This document shows positions 49,526 through 62,343 of a stretch of DNA of 64,000 nucleotides, in pieces (the first letter of the stretch is position 1; every line of letters begins with the position of its first letter). The stretch spans positions 149,390,828-149,454,827 of the forward strand of contig NC_068983.1 in the NCBI RefSeq assembly GCF_001194135.2. Reading direction: 5' to 3'. The notes below the pieces were generated by a model. The model did not search any database. It was not told the origin of the DNA and was given only the letters and a program-made list of their open reading frames with translations. This DNA comes from Octopus bimaculoides. Its lineage: Eukaryota. The translations under genes and the position numbers were made by a program.

Positions 49526-50967
49526 AAATAATAATAATGTCATAAAAGTAATATAAGATATTTACAAAGGGCACCAAGAGGGCCCTGAATAGCAAAACCA
49601 ATGTAGCAGTGGACAAAAAGCAGTTCCCTATTTACTTATATTTCTATATTCTGAGTTCAAGTCTTGCCAAGATTGACTTTAGCTTCCTAGATTGATGAAA
49701 TATGCAACAGTTCAGTACAGGGAACATCTTAATCAACTGTATCATTCCTCAAAATTTTGTGAACTTAAGTTAAAAAATTCTTCCTGTTATTATTTGATGT
49801 TTTATTTGCTTTGGATGGAAACAGGATTGTGTTAAGCAACTACATTTTTTTAGCATCGGTGGAAACGTTATATGTTATTAATACTTATGAAAATCTTATA
49901 TTTATGATATTAATGTCATAGAGATCCACCTAGTTAGTTTGATTTTATCGGTTACAAGAATTTTTAAAAAATCAATTAGAAATAGTTGTTTATATTTTTT
50001 TTCATAAACTGTGAAAATTACTATTGAATGACTGACTTTCTTTAAACATCTAGAATTTATTTGTATGAATAGCTTCTCTGTGTTCACAGCTAAACACTGC
50101 TAGCATTGTACTTCTGCTAACAGAAACGATACTTAGGTTTACATTATTTCTTAGCTAACTTTTGAAATCTCACCTTCAGCTTGTCCTCATCCCATACTGT
50201 TCACCCCCAGCCCCAAACCTAACCTGTGTCTTTGCTAGCAACTTGATATTTGATATTTCAAAACTACACTCACCTTGTAACTTAATAAAAGAAAAAATTC
50301 TGTTGTAATACTGATTCTCTACTTTCTTTTCTTTTATCTTGCATTTTTTATCTTATTTTTGTGAATTATTTTTTAATGTTTCCTTTTTTTTTGTTGTTGT
50401 TGTTGTTGTTGATGACTCATTATAAATATTTATGAATAAAATAACTAAATGGAGCTCATTGAATGTCATTTACTTTTAATTCTGACCTTTTTATTCGGTG
50501 TAAGCGTCCCATTTCTTTGCGCCCTGATAGTCATCCTCCTACTTCTTCACACCCTTTATAGTTATTGGCCAGGCCAGTGGCTAAGTATTGTACTGCCACA
50601 CTCCTCCTATTCTCAAATTGTCAACAGACTTGAGTTTCATTCTTTATTTTTTATTTTAACATTAGCAGTTTGCTGCTTTCCAGTGAAAGTTTCAAAACCA
50701 TTTTAATTCCACTTGATGACTAATAGCACAGCTGTGTGAAGCTAGACAATTGCAGACCAGTGCATGCAGAAGACCACCTTTATTCTCTGCAGTTTCACCA
50801 CTCATACTGTCAGTTGTCAACACTCTGAGCCAGTAGAGATTTTAATTTGGGAGAACATTGAAAACAAAGCAGACAAGAGCCACAGTTAGCATACAGAAAA
50901 ACTAGAAGCTATTTTCGTTTTGATTTTGTTTTTTTTTTTTATGCTCCTAGATTTATTCCTCTTACAG

Positions 50968-51085
50968 ATTTGTTGCAAAATATTGCAACTTTAAAATCAA
51001 TTTTAATGCATTTCCCAAACAGACCTTCTCGATTTTTTAAAGGTGCAATGAATGATGAGGAAGAATACATGCTTTTGTTTGGTGG
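50968..51085 (+). CDS. Candidate exon (x)LLQNIATLKSILMHFPNRPSRFFKGAMNDEEEYMLLFG; product unknown
   Basis: Long T tract and ttcctcttacAG acceptor; only one frame open; donors G|GTGGGT (51082) or GG|GTAATT (51086); ATGs at 51006 and 51048. Confidence 0.45.
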
Positions 51086-52149
51086 GTAATTTTTATTTAT
51101 TTTTTTTTCTTCTCGCTCTCTCTGGTTCAGCAATTTACTATATTTCTGTTACTTTCCTCTTTCTTTCAAACTGCATGACTACCTCAGTATAATATTATTT
51201 TTACTACCATAAAGTTTCTAGAATAATAAATCTAATTACTGCTATAGTAATCTACTGCTTTTTTATGTAGACATTTTTGTTTTATTTAACAACTTAGATT
51301 TTCTTTCACATTTTTTGGTTTAAAAAAAATCTAATCCACAACAATATTAAAGTTTACATGTTATTGAATAGTAAATTTAAGTTACAAGTAAATTGAGTTA
51401 TGACTATGTTTTGTGAAATATCTCTATCTCTGAAGAGTTTTAGTATCTCTACAATAAAAGGAGTGTCGGTTTCTAAAAGCTTTTCAAGATTGACTGAAAT
51501 TTGTGTAGCAATTTGTTTTCCTCTGTTTATGAGGCTTGTTCTCTAAAAAATGTGGTTCCCACAGAGAAACGAAAATATTTCTATTTCTTAATCAACAACA
51601 AATAATTATAATAATGTATTAGTGTTTCTTTTATGACCCTTGATATGTAGATAAAAATGTGCATTTAAAAAAAGAAATTTTTTAATGGTTCATTCGTTTC
51701 ATCACTTAAATGGTATAACAGCAAACAATAAATAATTAACTTTGTTAAAAAGCCACAAATTTGTGGTGAGGGTGTCTAATCAATGTGACCAATTTCAACG
51801 TATGACTGGTATTCAACCCTGGAGAGATGAAAAATTTGGACTTTGAATGTAAAAATATGGAATGAAATGCTGTTAAACCTTTAGTTCGTGTTTTACTGTT
51901 TTTGCCAACTCACTAATCCTGGAATAATACTAATAGCAATAATGATTTCTTACATAGATAGAAGACAACTTTACTTTAGGATAAGTGTAACTTGTGGAAC
52001 TGAACTTAATGTACTTCTGGTCGTCCTTTATCAACCCATAGACAATGAAGGACAAAATAAACTTTGGATACTGCAAAAGAGCTAATCTGAACCTTTACTG
52101 ACTCTAACTATCCTTAATGCTTCCATAATAACAATTTATAGTATAGCTA

Positions 52150-52350
52150 CAAGGCTCCAAACTTCCAGGAGGCTGTAGCTAGTTAGATTGACCCCCAGTA
52201 TATGACTGGTGCTTTTTTTTTTTAGCATTCTCAAAAGAGCAAAAGGTAAAGTTGACCTGAGTAGGATTTGAACTCTGAAGATTTGAGTGCCTAAGTACAC
52301 ATGTGATTTTGCCTACTGCTCCACAGTTTCTACTGTTTATTTGCCCCTCT
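52150..52350 (-). mobile_element. Meta-like SINE, degraded (another near 51750-51880)
   Basis: ACAAGGC..GATTGACCCCCAGTA..AAAGGTAAAGTTGACC..GATTTGAACTC. Confidence 0.65.
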
Positions 52351-53449
52351 CATTATAATAATGATAAAGAAAACCTTTTATTTTAATACTGCTTTCTTTT
52401 TTTAAGCACTATATCAGTATTTTCAAGGAAGTTGGTATGGGTAATAAGAACAAAGTCCAGTGAATTATTTATACTTATATTATTGGCATCAACCAAGTCT
52501 GCTCTACATTTTCATTTATAATAAAAATTATCTATGTAATATATAATTTATTCATTAGTCATCTTTTCTCTTTCTTGTCCGATACTTCAAAATTAACTTT
52601 ATCTTTGTAATACTTTTTATCATTATTCAAATACACCAATACTATTATTTATGAATTATTGGTTTGTATTGCTTGTCATGGCAACCCTATTATGGCTGTG
52701 GTGTTTAGTTGTCAGTGTACGTTGTGCAAAATAGGTCTCCAGCCATAACAATAGCTATACACATTTTTGGCTCGTGCAAACTTTTCTAAGGCCAATCATG
52801 TTAACGTACAATTTTCCCACTGATTTTATAATAAAATGCTTTCAAATATCTATAAGAGCAATAAGTGGGAAATGTTCTAAATGTTTTCTGTTTCTGTCTT
52901 TTTTTTATTTTCTGTTTTATATTTCTTGATGTTAATGAATTTGAAAAAATATCAACAAATCAAATAAAGAATTATACTTCTTGGTATGTCAATAGGTGTG
53001 ACGTTATTTTATATGCCTCAATTCTCCTACTAGATTTTCTGTGAAAGTTATCTGAAAAGATATGGTGCTGCACAACCAAAATCTGGTTAATGTCTCATCT
53101 CCTTCGTGCTGGATAAAAATATATATAAAAACTTTCCTGCTTTCTGTATCATTGGTCATAAAGGATGTTGTTGATTAGGTCCATGTCAGCTCTGATCCAG
53201 TTGACTTAAGATCAAAGATCAGGCATGATCATCTTTTTTTCAAGCATATTCTATCGAGGACTATCTTATCTAACATGGCTTTCCTTTTTAAGATGGTTTA
53301 ATGAACATTTGGCTGCTATTTCTTTAGATTGAATGACCACATAGACAAGCCCTCACCTTTTTAGTAATGCTCCACAAAGGACTAAGAACTTCACAGTCAC
53401 GCTTTTTCATTATTATTTATAGTAAGGAAGTGGGACAGTGCTCAAAGCC

Positions 53450-54440
53450 CTTTCAGGTCCACCCAGATTGATGAAATTGACAACTAATGTTAGCCAATAT
53501 TCTTGACATCATCATTTTACATTTGCTTTCCATTTTGGTATGGATCCGATGGGTTGTCATAACAGCTTTCTTCTTCAGTACTGCATGTTGCTGATTATCT
53601 TGGTCTTTTGTCATTCTCTTTGCAAGGTATAACCTCCTGAGATCCATCTTCACCACTTCATCCCGTGTTTTCCTAGGTCTTCCAGATCTACAGATCCCAT
53701 CAACTTTGAAAATCCTGCACTTATTTATACAGCTGCCATCCTCTATATGCATCAAATGCCCATACCAGTGCAATCTTTACTCTCATACTCTACATCTGGT
53801 TTATCTTATACTTAATTTTTTTACAGCTCATTTATTTTGATTTATGTACACTAACATTACATATCCAATGGAACATTTCTCACTCTATGTCTTTTTAGTC
53901 TTCACAAATTCTCTGCATTCAGGGCTTATATCTCACTCCCATACAGCATTGCAATTCATGCATAAACATCATTCAATCTGCCTTTCACTCTGAGAGAAAA
54001 TCCTTTGCAGCCAGCTGTAGTTACAGCTTCCTGAACTTTTTCCAATCCTGGTTACTCTACTTTCTGGACACTCACCTCCATTGCTAATTCTGTCATCTAC
54101 ATAAGCTTTTAGGGAATCATTTGGGCAGTTGAGAAAATCTGTTTCCTGTGTACTTTAGTACTTACTGTCCTCTGTGCATCTGCTGCATGCAAAAACTTAC
54201 TTTCCTTGTTAGCCTGCTTATGATTTTACATTTTGTACCACTCTGTTTTACATTGGGAACATTATATGCAATTTCAACCTACTCTTTATGTATGTGCTTA
54301 GTGATCATGGCCATTTCCCTGGTGGTATCAAAATCCTATCTTCTTTCCTACATCCTATCCTTTAGTATTTGCTAAGTTTACTTTGGAGGTCTCTCAATTT
54401 AAGGTCTAATTACCCTGTAAAAATTTTTTGGATGCTGCAT
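53450..54440 (-). mobile_element. Degraded RTE ORF2 C-terminal fragment
   Basis: HWYGHLMHIED....KC..F.VDG....GRPRKT.DEVVK.DL. Confidence 0.85.
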
Positions 54441-55261
54441 TGTACTCCTTTTTCCTATATTAATTTTAGTGTGACTTATTTTGTTGCAGCTACATTTTGA
54501 CTAACATGCTACACCTGTCAATCCACATCTCAGCACCTAAACAGTTCCCACATTTTAAATATATAAAGAAGAAAAATAAATTAGTACCAAATATATTGCT
54601 TCAATTTTTTTTTTTTTTTGTGTGTGTGTAACTGTGCAACTTTTATCCAAGTTTGTTCTTCCTGTTTCAGGAAATTATTTTCCACATTCCTCAAAATTGT
54701 AACTGAATCTGACATCTCTCCTTCTACATAATACACCCAAACAGCTATACATTGTGCATGGTTTTTGTTTATCTTGTACTAAAATATAAAAAATAAAAGT
54801 GCTCAGTACAACTTTCTTGAACGTATCTAGAGTCTTATATATGTTAATTCACATGAGATAAACAGGGATAACACAACTCAGTCACTATTTCATTTGGTCA
54901 CTTGACCTACACCTGCAATAAGATGGTTCTAGATGATGTAATCTGTACAGATTATAAGTTGTCCTCCATTATACATAAGTAGAGAATACTTTCTTAAATT
55001 CTTAAGAAAGAATTTGGGCATATGTTGGCTAATCAAAATTAATGTGTTTTTTTTTTTAATTGAAGAAATAAGAAAAAAATTTTTTTCTTTTAAACTTTTG
55101 AAGAAGAAATTTAGAAATTTTTTTAAACAAATACGTGGAAAGTTCGTTGTGGTCCTTAAAACTGTTATTTCAACTTTGGGGGGAAAAAAGGAAACACTTT
55201 CATTAACCTGAAATGAATTCATGAACATAACTCTCTTTTTTATCATTGATGTTTGTATTCT

Positions 55262-55635
55262 TTTTATTGAAATCGTCCAACCCATGCTAGCATGGAAGGC
55301 GGACATTAAACGATGATGATGATGATGATGATGATACATTTACTTAAAACAATTATAAAAACAATAAAGACAGTAAGAAAGGGAAAAAAATGTTCATACA
55401 TTCATTTCACATTAATGAAAGTGGTTTATTTTTCTCTAATGTTGAAATATATGCATGCATACATATACACACATACATACGTTCTCAGAGTGGTTGGCAT
55501 TAGGAAGTGCATCCAGCCATAGAAACCTTGCCAAATCAGATTGGAATCTGGTGCAGCCCCCTGGCTTATCAGTTTTCAGTTAATCCGTCTAACCCATGCC
55601 AGCATGGAAAGCAGACGTTAAACGGTGATGATGAT
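55262..55635 (+). mobile_element. Two 5'-truncated RTE tails (55262-55335 and 55480-55635)
   Basis: CCAACCCATGCTAGCATGG..(GAT)n; GGTTGGCATTAGGAAG..CCCATGCCAGCATGG. Confidence 0.85.
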
Positions 55636-55671
55636 ACATGTATGCATGCATGCAAACATACATTACATAAA

Positions 55672-55850
55672 TGTGTAGGTAAAGGCATGGCTATGTGGTT
55701 GAGAAGTTTGCTTCTTAACCATATGGTCTGGAGTTCAGTTCTGCTGGGTTTATCAATACTTTGTGAGTGAATTTCGTAGACAGAAACCGTACAAAGCCCA
55801 TGGCGTATGTGTGTCTGTGTGTGCTTAAAGCTGGACAAGTCAGTACAAGA
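55672..55850 (+). mobile_element. CORE-like SINE, 5' part
   Basis: GGCATGGCTATGTGGTTGAGAAGTTTGCTT..GTTCAGTTC..GTGAGTGAATTTCGTAGACAGAAAC. Confidence 0.7.
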
Positions 55851-56355
55851 GAGACATGTAATGAACAGTTACACATTTATCTTTATCTGTTAACCTCTCT
55901 GTTATCTCCTTCTCTTACTACTGTCATTGTTCTTTTTATCTTAAATATATGTATCTTTACCACCATACAGTGATAAAATAATTATAGTTGGATTATGTAT
56001 GTGTAGACATCTTTCATCTAATGTAGTCCTGTTGTCTATGGCAGCGATTCAACATGTGAAGATGTAAATAAAGTATCTTTCTTGAGAAAGCAAGGAAAAA
56101 TTGGCTTGTAGAAGGACATCATGCTATAGATTCCTTCCTCGGGAGTACTGTTCAACCAAGCTCTATGGAAAAAGTCAACAGAAGAAACAATTGTGGTAGT
56201 GATGTTGATGATATATGCATACATTTTGTTTTGTGGTACAGAAATAACTTTAAAATACACCCCTGTAATAGAAATGCATAGTGTAAACCATGTTAGTATA
56301 CAAGATAAACAGGGTTACATATGACAATCACACATGTATGTACACACATACCTAT

Positions 56356-56747
56356 TGTTGGCACTCCTTCGCTTACGACGTCGAGGGTTCCAGTTGATCA
56401 GATCAACGGAACAGCCTGCTCGTGAAATTAACGTGCAAGTGGCTGAGCACTCCACAGACACGTGTACCCTTAACTTAGTTCTCGTAGATATTCAGCGTGA
56501 CACAGTGTGACAAGGCTGACCCTTTGAATTACAGGCACAACAGAAACAGGAAGTAAGAGTGAGAGAAAGTTGTGGTGAAAGAGTACAGCAGGGTTTGCCA
56601 CCACCCCCTGCCGGAGCCTCGTGGAGCTTTTAGGTGTTTTCACTCAATAAACACTCACAACGCCCGGTCTGGGAATCGAAACCGTGATCCTATGACCGCG
56701 AGTCCACTGCCCTGACCACTGCCCTGACCACTGGGCCATTGCGCCTC
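56356..56747 (-). mobile_element. Full-length young tRNA-derived SINE with 13-nt TSD
   Basis: Minus head GTGGAGGCGCAATGGCCCAGTGG..GGTTTCGATTCC (A/B boxes); CACACATACCTAT at 56343-56355 and 56748-56760. Confidence 0.95.
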
Positions 56748-59700
56748 CACACATACCTATATGCAAGCATATACATGCATACTTATACACACACTAAGTT
56801 ACATTCTTCAATAAAGTATATTTCAATTATGAACTTATAACTTTAACTTTCTTTTCTAGTTGTTTCTCAGATACTAATTTAAATTCAGTTAAAAATATTG
56901 ATGCTGATTTCGTTTTTCCCTACCCCTTATTTTAAAGATTTTAGTGACCTGACTGTATTAACACTGATAATCAGTTAATATTATTGCTATTGCAGTGTAC
57001 TTGATGTTGTTTATTATTCTTTTAATGAAATGAACTCAATTTACTTACCAAGTTGTCTTTTGTGATGGACATATTTTTACTATTTTACCATATATAAGTG
57101 TTTATGTGTAGGGGAGATGGTGAGAGAAAAACATTACCTTAAAACTAGTATGATTAAATTAAAGCTGAATGAGACCTAATAAATTCCAAAATTCCAAATT
57201 CTTTGGTTTGCCAGTTTTGTATTCTCTCTCTCTCTCTTTCTCTTTCTCTCTCTCTCTCTCTCTCTCAATGAATGTAACTCCTTTGCTCTATTATAGTTTT
57301 CCTATTCTGTAAATTTCCACTATATNNNNNNNNNNNNNNNNNNNNNNNNNNNNNNNNNNNNNNNNNNNNNNNTATATATATATATATATATATATATTGT
57401 TTTGTCTCCCCCTACTAAGCTCTTCTTACATTCGTATTTTAATCAAAATTTCCTTCTTTTTTTTTTGTGTTTTTGTTTTGTTTTGATGATATGGGTTAGT
57501 TAGGTATCAAATTACTGTTGCATTGTTGTGGACAATCTTCAGGTGTACTTATGACATGTTTCTGGCAATATCTGTTAATTCTTCCAAATTCTTTCTTATA
57601 AGTAACTGCTTTTTTGCCAGTAAAAATATAAATTGCCTAAACCTCTCAGAGCAACAATTCATTTCCACCTCACCTTTCTTTTCTTCTTAGAATATGAAGA
57701 CATAAAAGGGAGAAGTGATAACTGTCTCATTCAACTATATACATTATTTCATAGCCCTCAGTATTTTCCCAGCACTTTAGTTTTTAGTTTTTTAGTTTTT
57801 CTGCCTATTTATTTATCTATTTTGCATTTCTTCCAGAAAAGTTTAGATAATACATGGTGATTTTGATATAAATGCTATTTTAAAAGAGAATAATTTGATA
57901 ATGTAATGTAGTGCATGTGGATGACAGTGACTAGTTTTCACATAGTTAATAGAAATGGCAAGCAATAGATAATGACAAAGTAAAATGCTAATAATATGAG
58001 AGGAAGGTTCTGCCAGACATATGTAATACAATGCACAAGGAAAAGTATCCAACAGTTTGCTATTTTCAAAAACACTTTATTACTTTTTGGTTATATAGTT
58101 AGTGAGAATGCAAATACATAGAAAGTATGAAATATTGTATGGAGTATTTGTTTTGTAATGATACCACTTCAATAAAGAAGTTAGCTAAATTATTTTACAT
58201 TATTATCTCTATTTGTTCATTTATTTATTGCTAACATTGTTTTGCTTTATTCAATTTTTCCTACCTCTAAATCAAATATAAAGTAAGTGATGTGTCTATT
58301 ATCAATTAGACAGATTGAGATGAGCAGATCAATATGCTTTGCATAGGATCACAACACAAACCAGGAACTTTTTTTATACTTGTTTGAGCTGATCAGTGTA
58401 GCAACTAAATCTCCCTCATCAAATTCTTGTCTTCAAAATGGGGACAACAATGGTTTAAGCTCTAAATCTTTTTGTAACAGGCCTCGCTATAAAAACAGAA
58501 TGGTTGCAGTTGGAATACCAGTTAAGCAATGCTGACTTGGATTACTCAACAACGAGATGGTTTCAACAAAACAACTTGTGACCACCTTGTATAATCCAGT
58601 GCTTTACCCAACAATAATTGTCTGACAGATATTTATACATGCCAAATAGACTGAAGCAAATAGAGTAATGTGCACATATTTTATTGTCTATAGCAAGATT
58701 TGAACTTGTGACCTTTGCTTATGGTGTCATATGTATGGCATTTGAGTGATTTGAATGTTGCACAACTTACCCAAATGTCCTGAATTTGAAATCACATTGA
58801 GGAAGACACCGAAGTTTAAAGTACATATTACAACTGGTTCATAGAAAATATTGAAAATTGTTGTAAAACAGCTAAAACAAAACTGGAATGATTGATTCTA
58901 TAAAGAGGCAAAAATATTATGTAATATATCTGGCTGAATCATGAAATAAAGTGAAGAAATTACCAGCAATCGAGTTCTCAGTTGTAGACAAGGTAAATTA
59001 GCAGACAAAAAGAAATTAACTATGTGTTTGCTTCAAAAAAGAAACTACAAGTACAGTATTCTTTGAAGAGCAAAGATGAAACCATTCATCCAAATAATGA
59101 CTGTAACAAGTAGATTGTAAAGGGTAAGATATTTTGGAATGGTTATTCATTCTACAGACTAATGCCATGTAAACAGTCAGTTGAGTGACTTTATATGATT
59201 CAGGTATTCAGCAGTAAATGTTGAGGAAGGAGAATTGAATGTTTAACTAATGACATAACTGGGTAATAAAACTGCATTGCAGACTATTCTGTTTACCATT
59301 GGAGTGTAAGAAGACTTCTTCCTTCTTTTTCAGCTATGTACCAAACAAAAATATTGCTAAGAATTATTATCATTGATATATTTTATACTCACACTCTTTT
59401 TCATTCACTTTTACTTTGTTGTTTTAATCCATGTGTAAACCTTATATCTTGTATTATTTGTAGTGACTAAATATTTTAGAATTCCAGTCGAGCATTTCAA
59501 TTCTAATTTGCATTACTAAAGTTAATCGTGCTCCCCCCCCCCCCCATAGTTTTCTAATGGTAGATTTTACCAGTCAGAATAGAATTTAATTTAGAATAGT
59601 TTTATTGATTGGGTTGTTAATATCATCTTCTGAAATGCCAGTAATATTGTCTCAGAATTATCTACTATAACTATTATTATGAAATATGTAAGAACCCAGA

Positions 59701-59976
59701 AACTGATATCCAAATGTGAAAATACAATGACTAATGAACTAATTAATCTTATTTACCACCACAGGGAAATAGTAAAATGTGGCTTTCATAAAGGTTCAGT
59801 AATCAGTGTAGAAAAATAAATAGCTTGACTAATCGCAGTCCCCTTATTTAACTGAAGGTTCTTATATCTGATATAAAATGATCTATCATATCAGTTTAAA
59901 CTTGTTAATCAATAATTTTGTGATATTTCATATACTTTAGATAAAAGAACCAGCTTAACATAATTGAAATGTTTGT

Positions 59977-60012
<36 letters not shown>

Positions 60013-62282
60013 AAGTGAGAGGGAGAGAAAGAGGAATGATTGACTATAATTTTAAGTTTTGTAAATTACTTTGCAAAAGTGTTTATATTTAAAAATCTTT
60101 TTTCATATTTATTTTCCTATATTTTAAATCAAATATTTTGAAGCTAGATGCTATTTATGAGAACAAAGTTTGTTATAAAGATCATGAATTACTTTTCTAT
60201 TGGAAGATGATAAATGCAAGTTGAGCTATATGCCCTTCACTCAGTGCACAAACACATCCGCTGTTTTCCTGGATGAACTAAGAACCAGTTACCTTCAATC
60301 TTCTATTATGTTCAACAAGAGACTTTTTATTTGATGTCATAGTATTTCACTACATTTGAAATATTGGCAAATTTTCAAGCATACCTGGTTATTAGGAATC
60401 ACATTCTATATGTTGCTCAACCATTCTTAACAACCACTTTACTATCTTCAGATGCTTACAAAACTTGCACAGATTTCTTGGGAGAATAGATTATTTATCC
60501 TTTATTTAGAAATTCACATATCGGTAGAATGCTGGATAAGATATTTTACAGTATTTTTCTATACACGATGTTGTTATCATCCTTTCAGCTTGTTAAAACT
60601 ATTTGTAATAATCTTGTATTGATTCAATAAACTATAGATCCTGTTCTTTCCAAAAGAAATTTAGAGTAATATAAATCTACTCATCTGGTTACAATGTTGT
60701 AGTTTCTATACAAAATGTCTAATTATCTCCCTTATACTGTTTCTTTAAATACAATAAAGTGCTAGGGAAAATAACTGTCGATGATTTGATTAAACCTTAT
60801 ATAAACGTTATTGGAGATATTTTTTTGCTCAGTGTTTTTCGAAAGCTGCGGTCTATAATTATATATTTTAATTGGGAATACGCAGCTCCTCAAACCACAG
60901 GGACAAGCACACACACACACACACACGAATACGATCCTTTCCCTTTACAGATATAAAAGCTCTTCTATACTGGTAACTGAATATGGCAAGGCATTTTGTG
61001 TGCCACCCACCATGTTTATAACCCAATACCTCATACATTTTCATGGACAACGACATGATTTTATCCATCCAAGTATGTTTATTTCAAGTGATGTTTTTAT
61101 GGTTGGTTGTCCTATACGTGTCAGCTATATGTCTATTAAAATCTAATAGCTGTCATTGTAGAAAAGAATTAGAGCCTCTGTTTTGTTTTAAAAGGGAATT
61201 ATTATATGATTCTGAAATCTTTATAAAATAAAACATTAAATTTTATTTTTTACACTGTCATAGGTTTGGTGTAATAACTCAACTGCATCAACTCACACAC
61301 ACATGCAACTTTCAGATATATTAACTGTAGTTTATCGAATGAAGTGTCATATCTCAATGATATGCTGTTAGATGGTGTGTGGTTGCATAAACTCATACCA
61401 TTTCTAATAGGTATTTGGATAATTTATAAGCTCTTTTCATAGAAACCTATTTTGAACCACTGAAGATATTTGTTGTGTTCTGGTTATTTATTTATGTTTC
61501 TTTTTTTTTAATGTTATAGATAGAAATGTTTTTGATATTTTTATTTATCAACCAGTAATAACATTATAGAACATTAGTTTTACTAAGCAATGTGTCATCC
61601 TGAGATTTCTTATAATCTTTGAAAAATAACTAGAAAACAGTATAAATGTGTTCTTATTTTGATGAGTGTTCTAATAGTTTTTGTGATCATTCTGTACCAA
61701 CTTATCTTAGTAATTGTCAGATTGTACTGTATTGATGAGGTCTGATAATACCAAAACATGTCTGGAATTATCACTGTACTGCCTATAATCATACTCATTC
61801 CATACTGCATTCTATTTTGAATTACTTCAAATACAAGGATTATTTCTTTCTCTTGACATGAGTTAGTTATTAGGATATTTTTTTTCTCTTTAGTTCTAGT
61901 AATAAATTTAATACATTAAAATTTCACTTGCTTTAGAAAATATTAATTTATTTATTTGGCAAATAATTTGTAATGTTCAGTGTACAAAAAATGTTTTGAT
62001 ACTTGAGCTTAAAATGGGTGTGTATGTTTTAAGAGCAGCTTCTTAAACTTTGCAGTATCATGCAGTTTTTGTTTTTTCATTCTAAAAACCTTCTATGTCA
62101 AGCACCTATTTTTTATTTACATATTCTTTGAATATTCTCATCTTATTTTTTGGTCTTGACCTTAACTATACTGATCTCATGTTTTTCATATCTCTCTCAT
62201 TTGGTATGACCTAGTCTCCATTGTGGTCCTTCTCTTTTGAATGATTATATTGATAATATGCATAAATGTGATATCTTTTCAG

Positions 62283-62343
62283 TCACATCCCATTCATGCA
62301 TAAAGAAAGGTCCACATACACACACTCTTTTACTGAAGGCAAG
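62283..62343 (+). CDS. Candidate 61-nt exon (x)HIPFMHKERSTYTHSFTEGK
   Basis: atatcttttcAG acceptor at 62281-62282; AAG|GTATGT donor at 62344; two frames open. Confidence 0.45.

Noticed and set aside
56660-56747. tRNA gene
   Set aside because: tRNA-like A/B boxes are a SINE head attached to a SINE body with TSDs; no intact cloverleaf.
60844-60887. AGCTGCG...CGCAGCT inverted repeat in a slightly CpG-rich patch
   Set aside because: Only a 7-bp solid stem; the interior pairs poorly.
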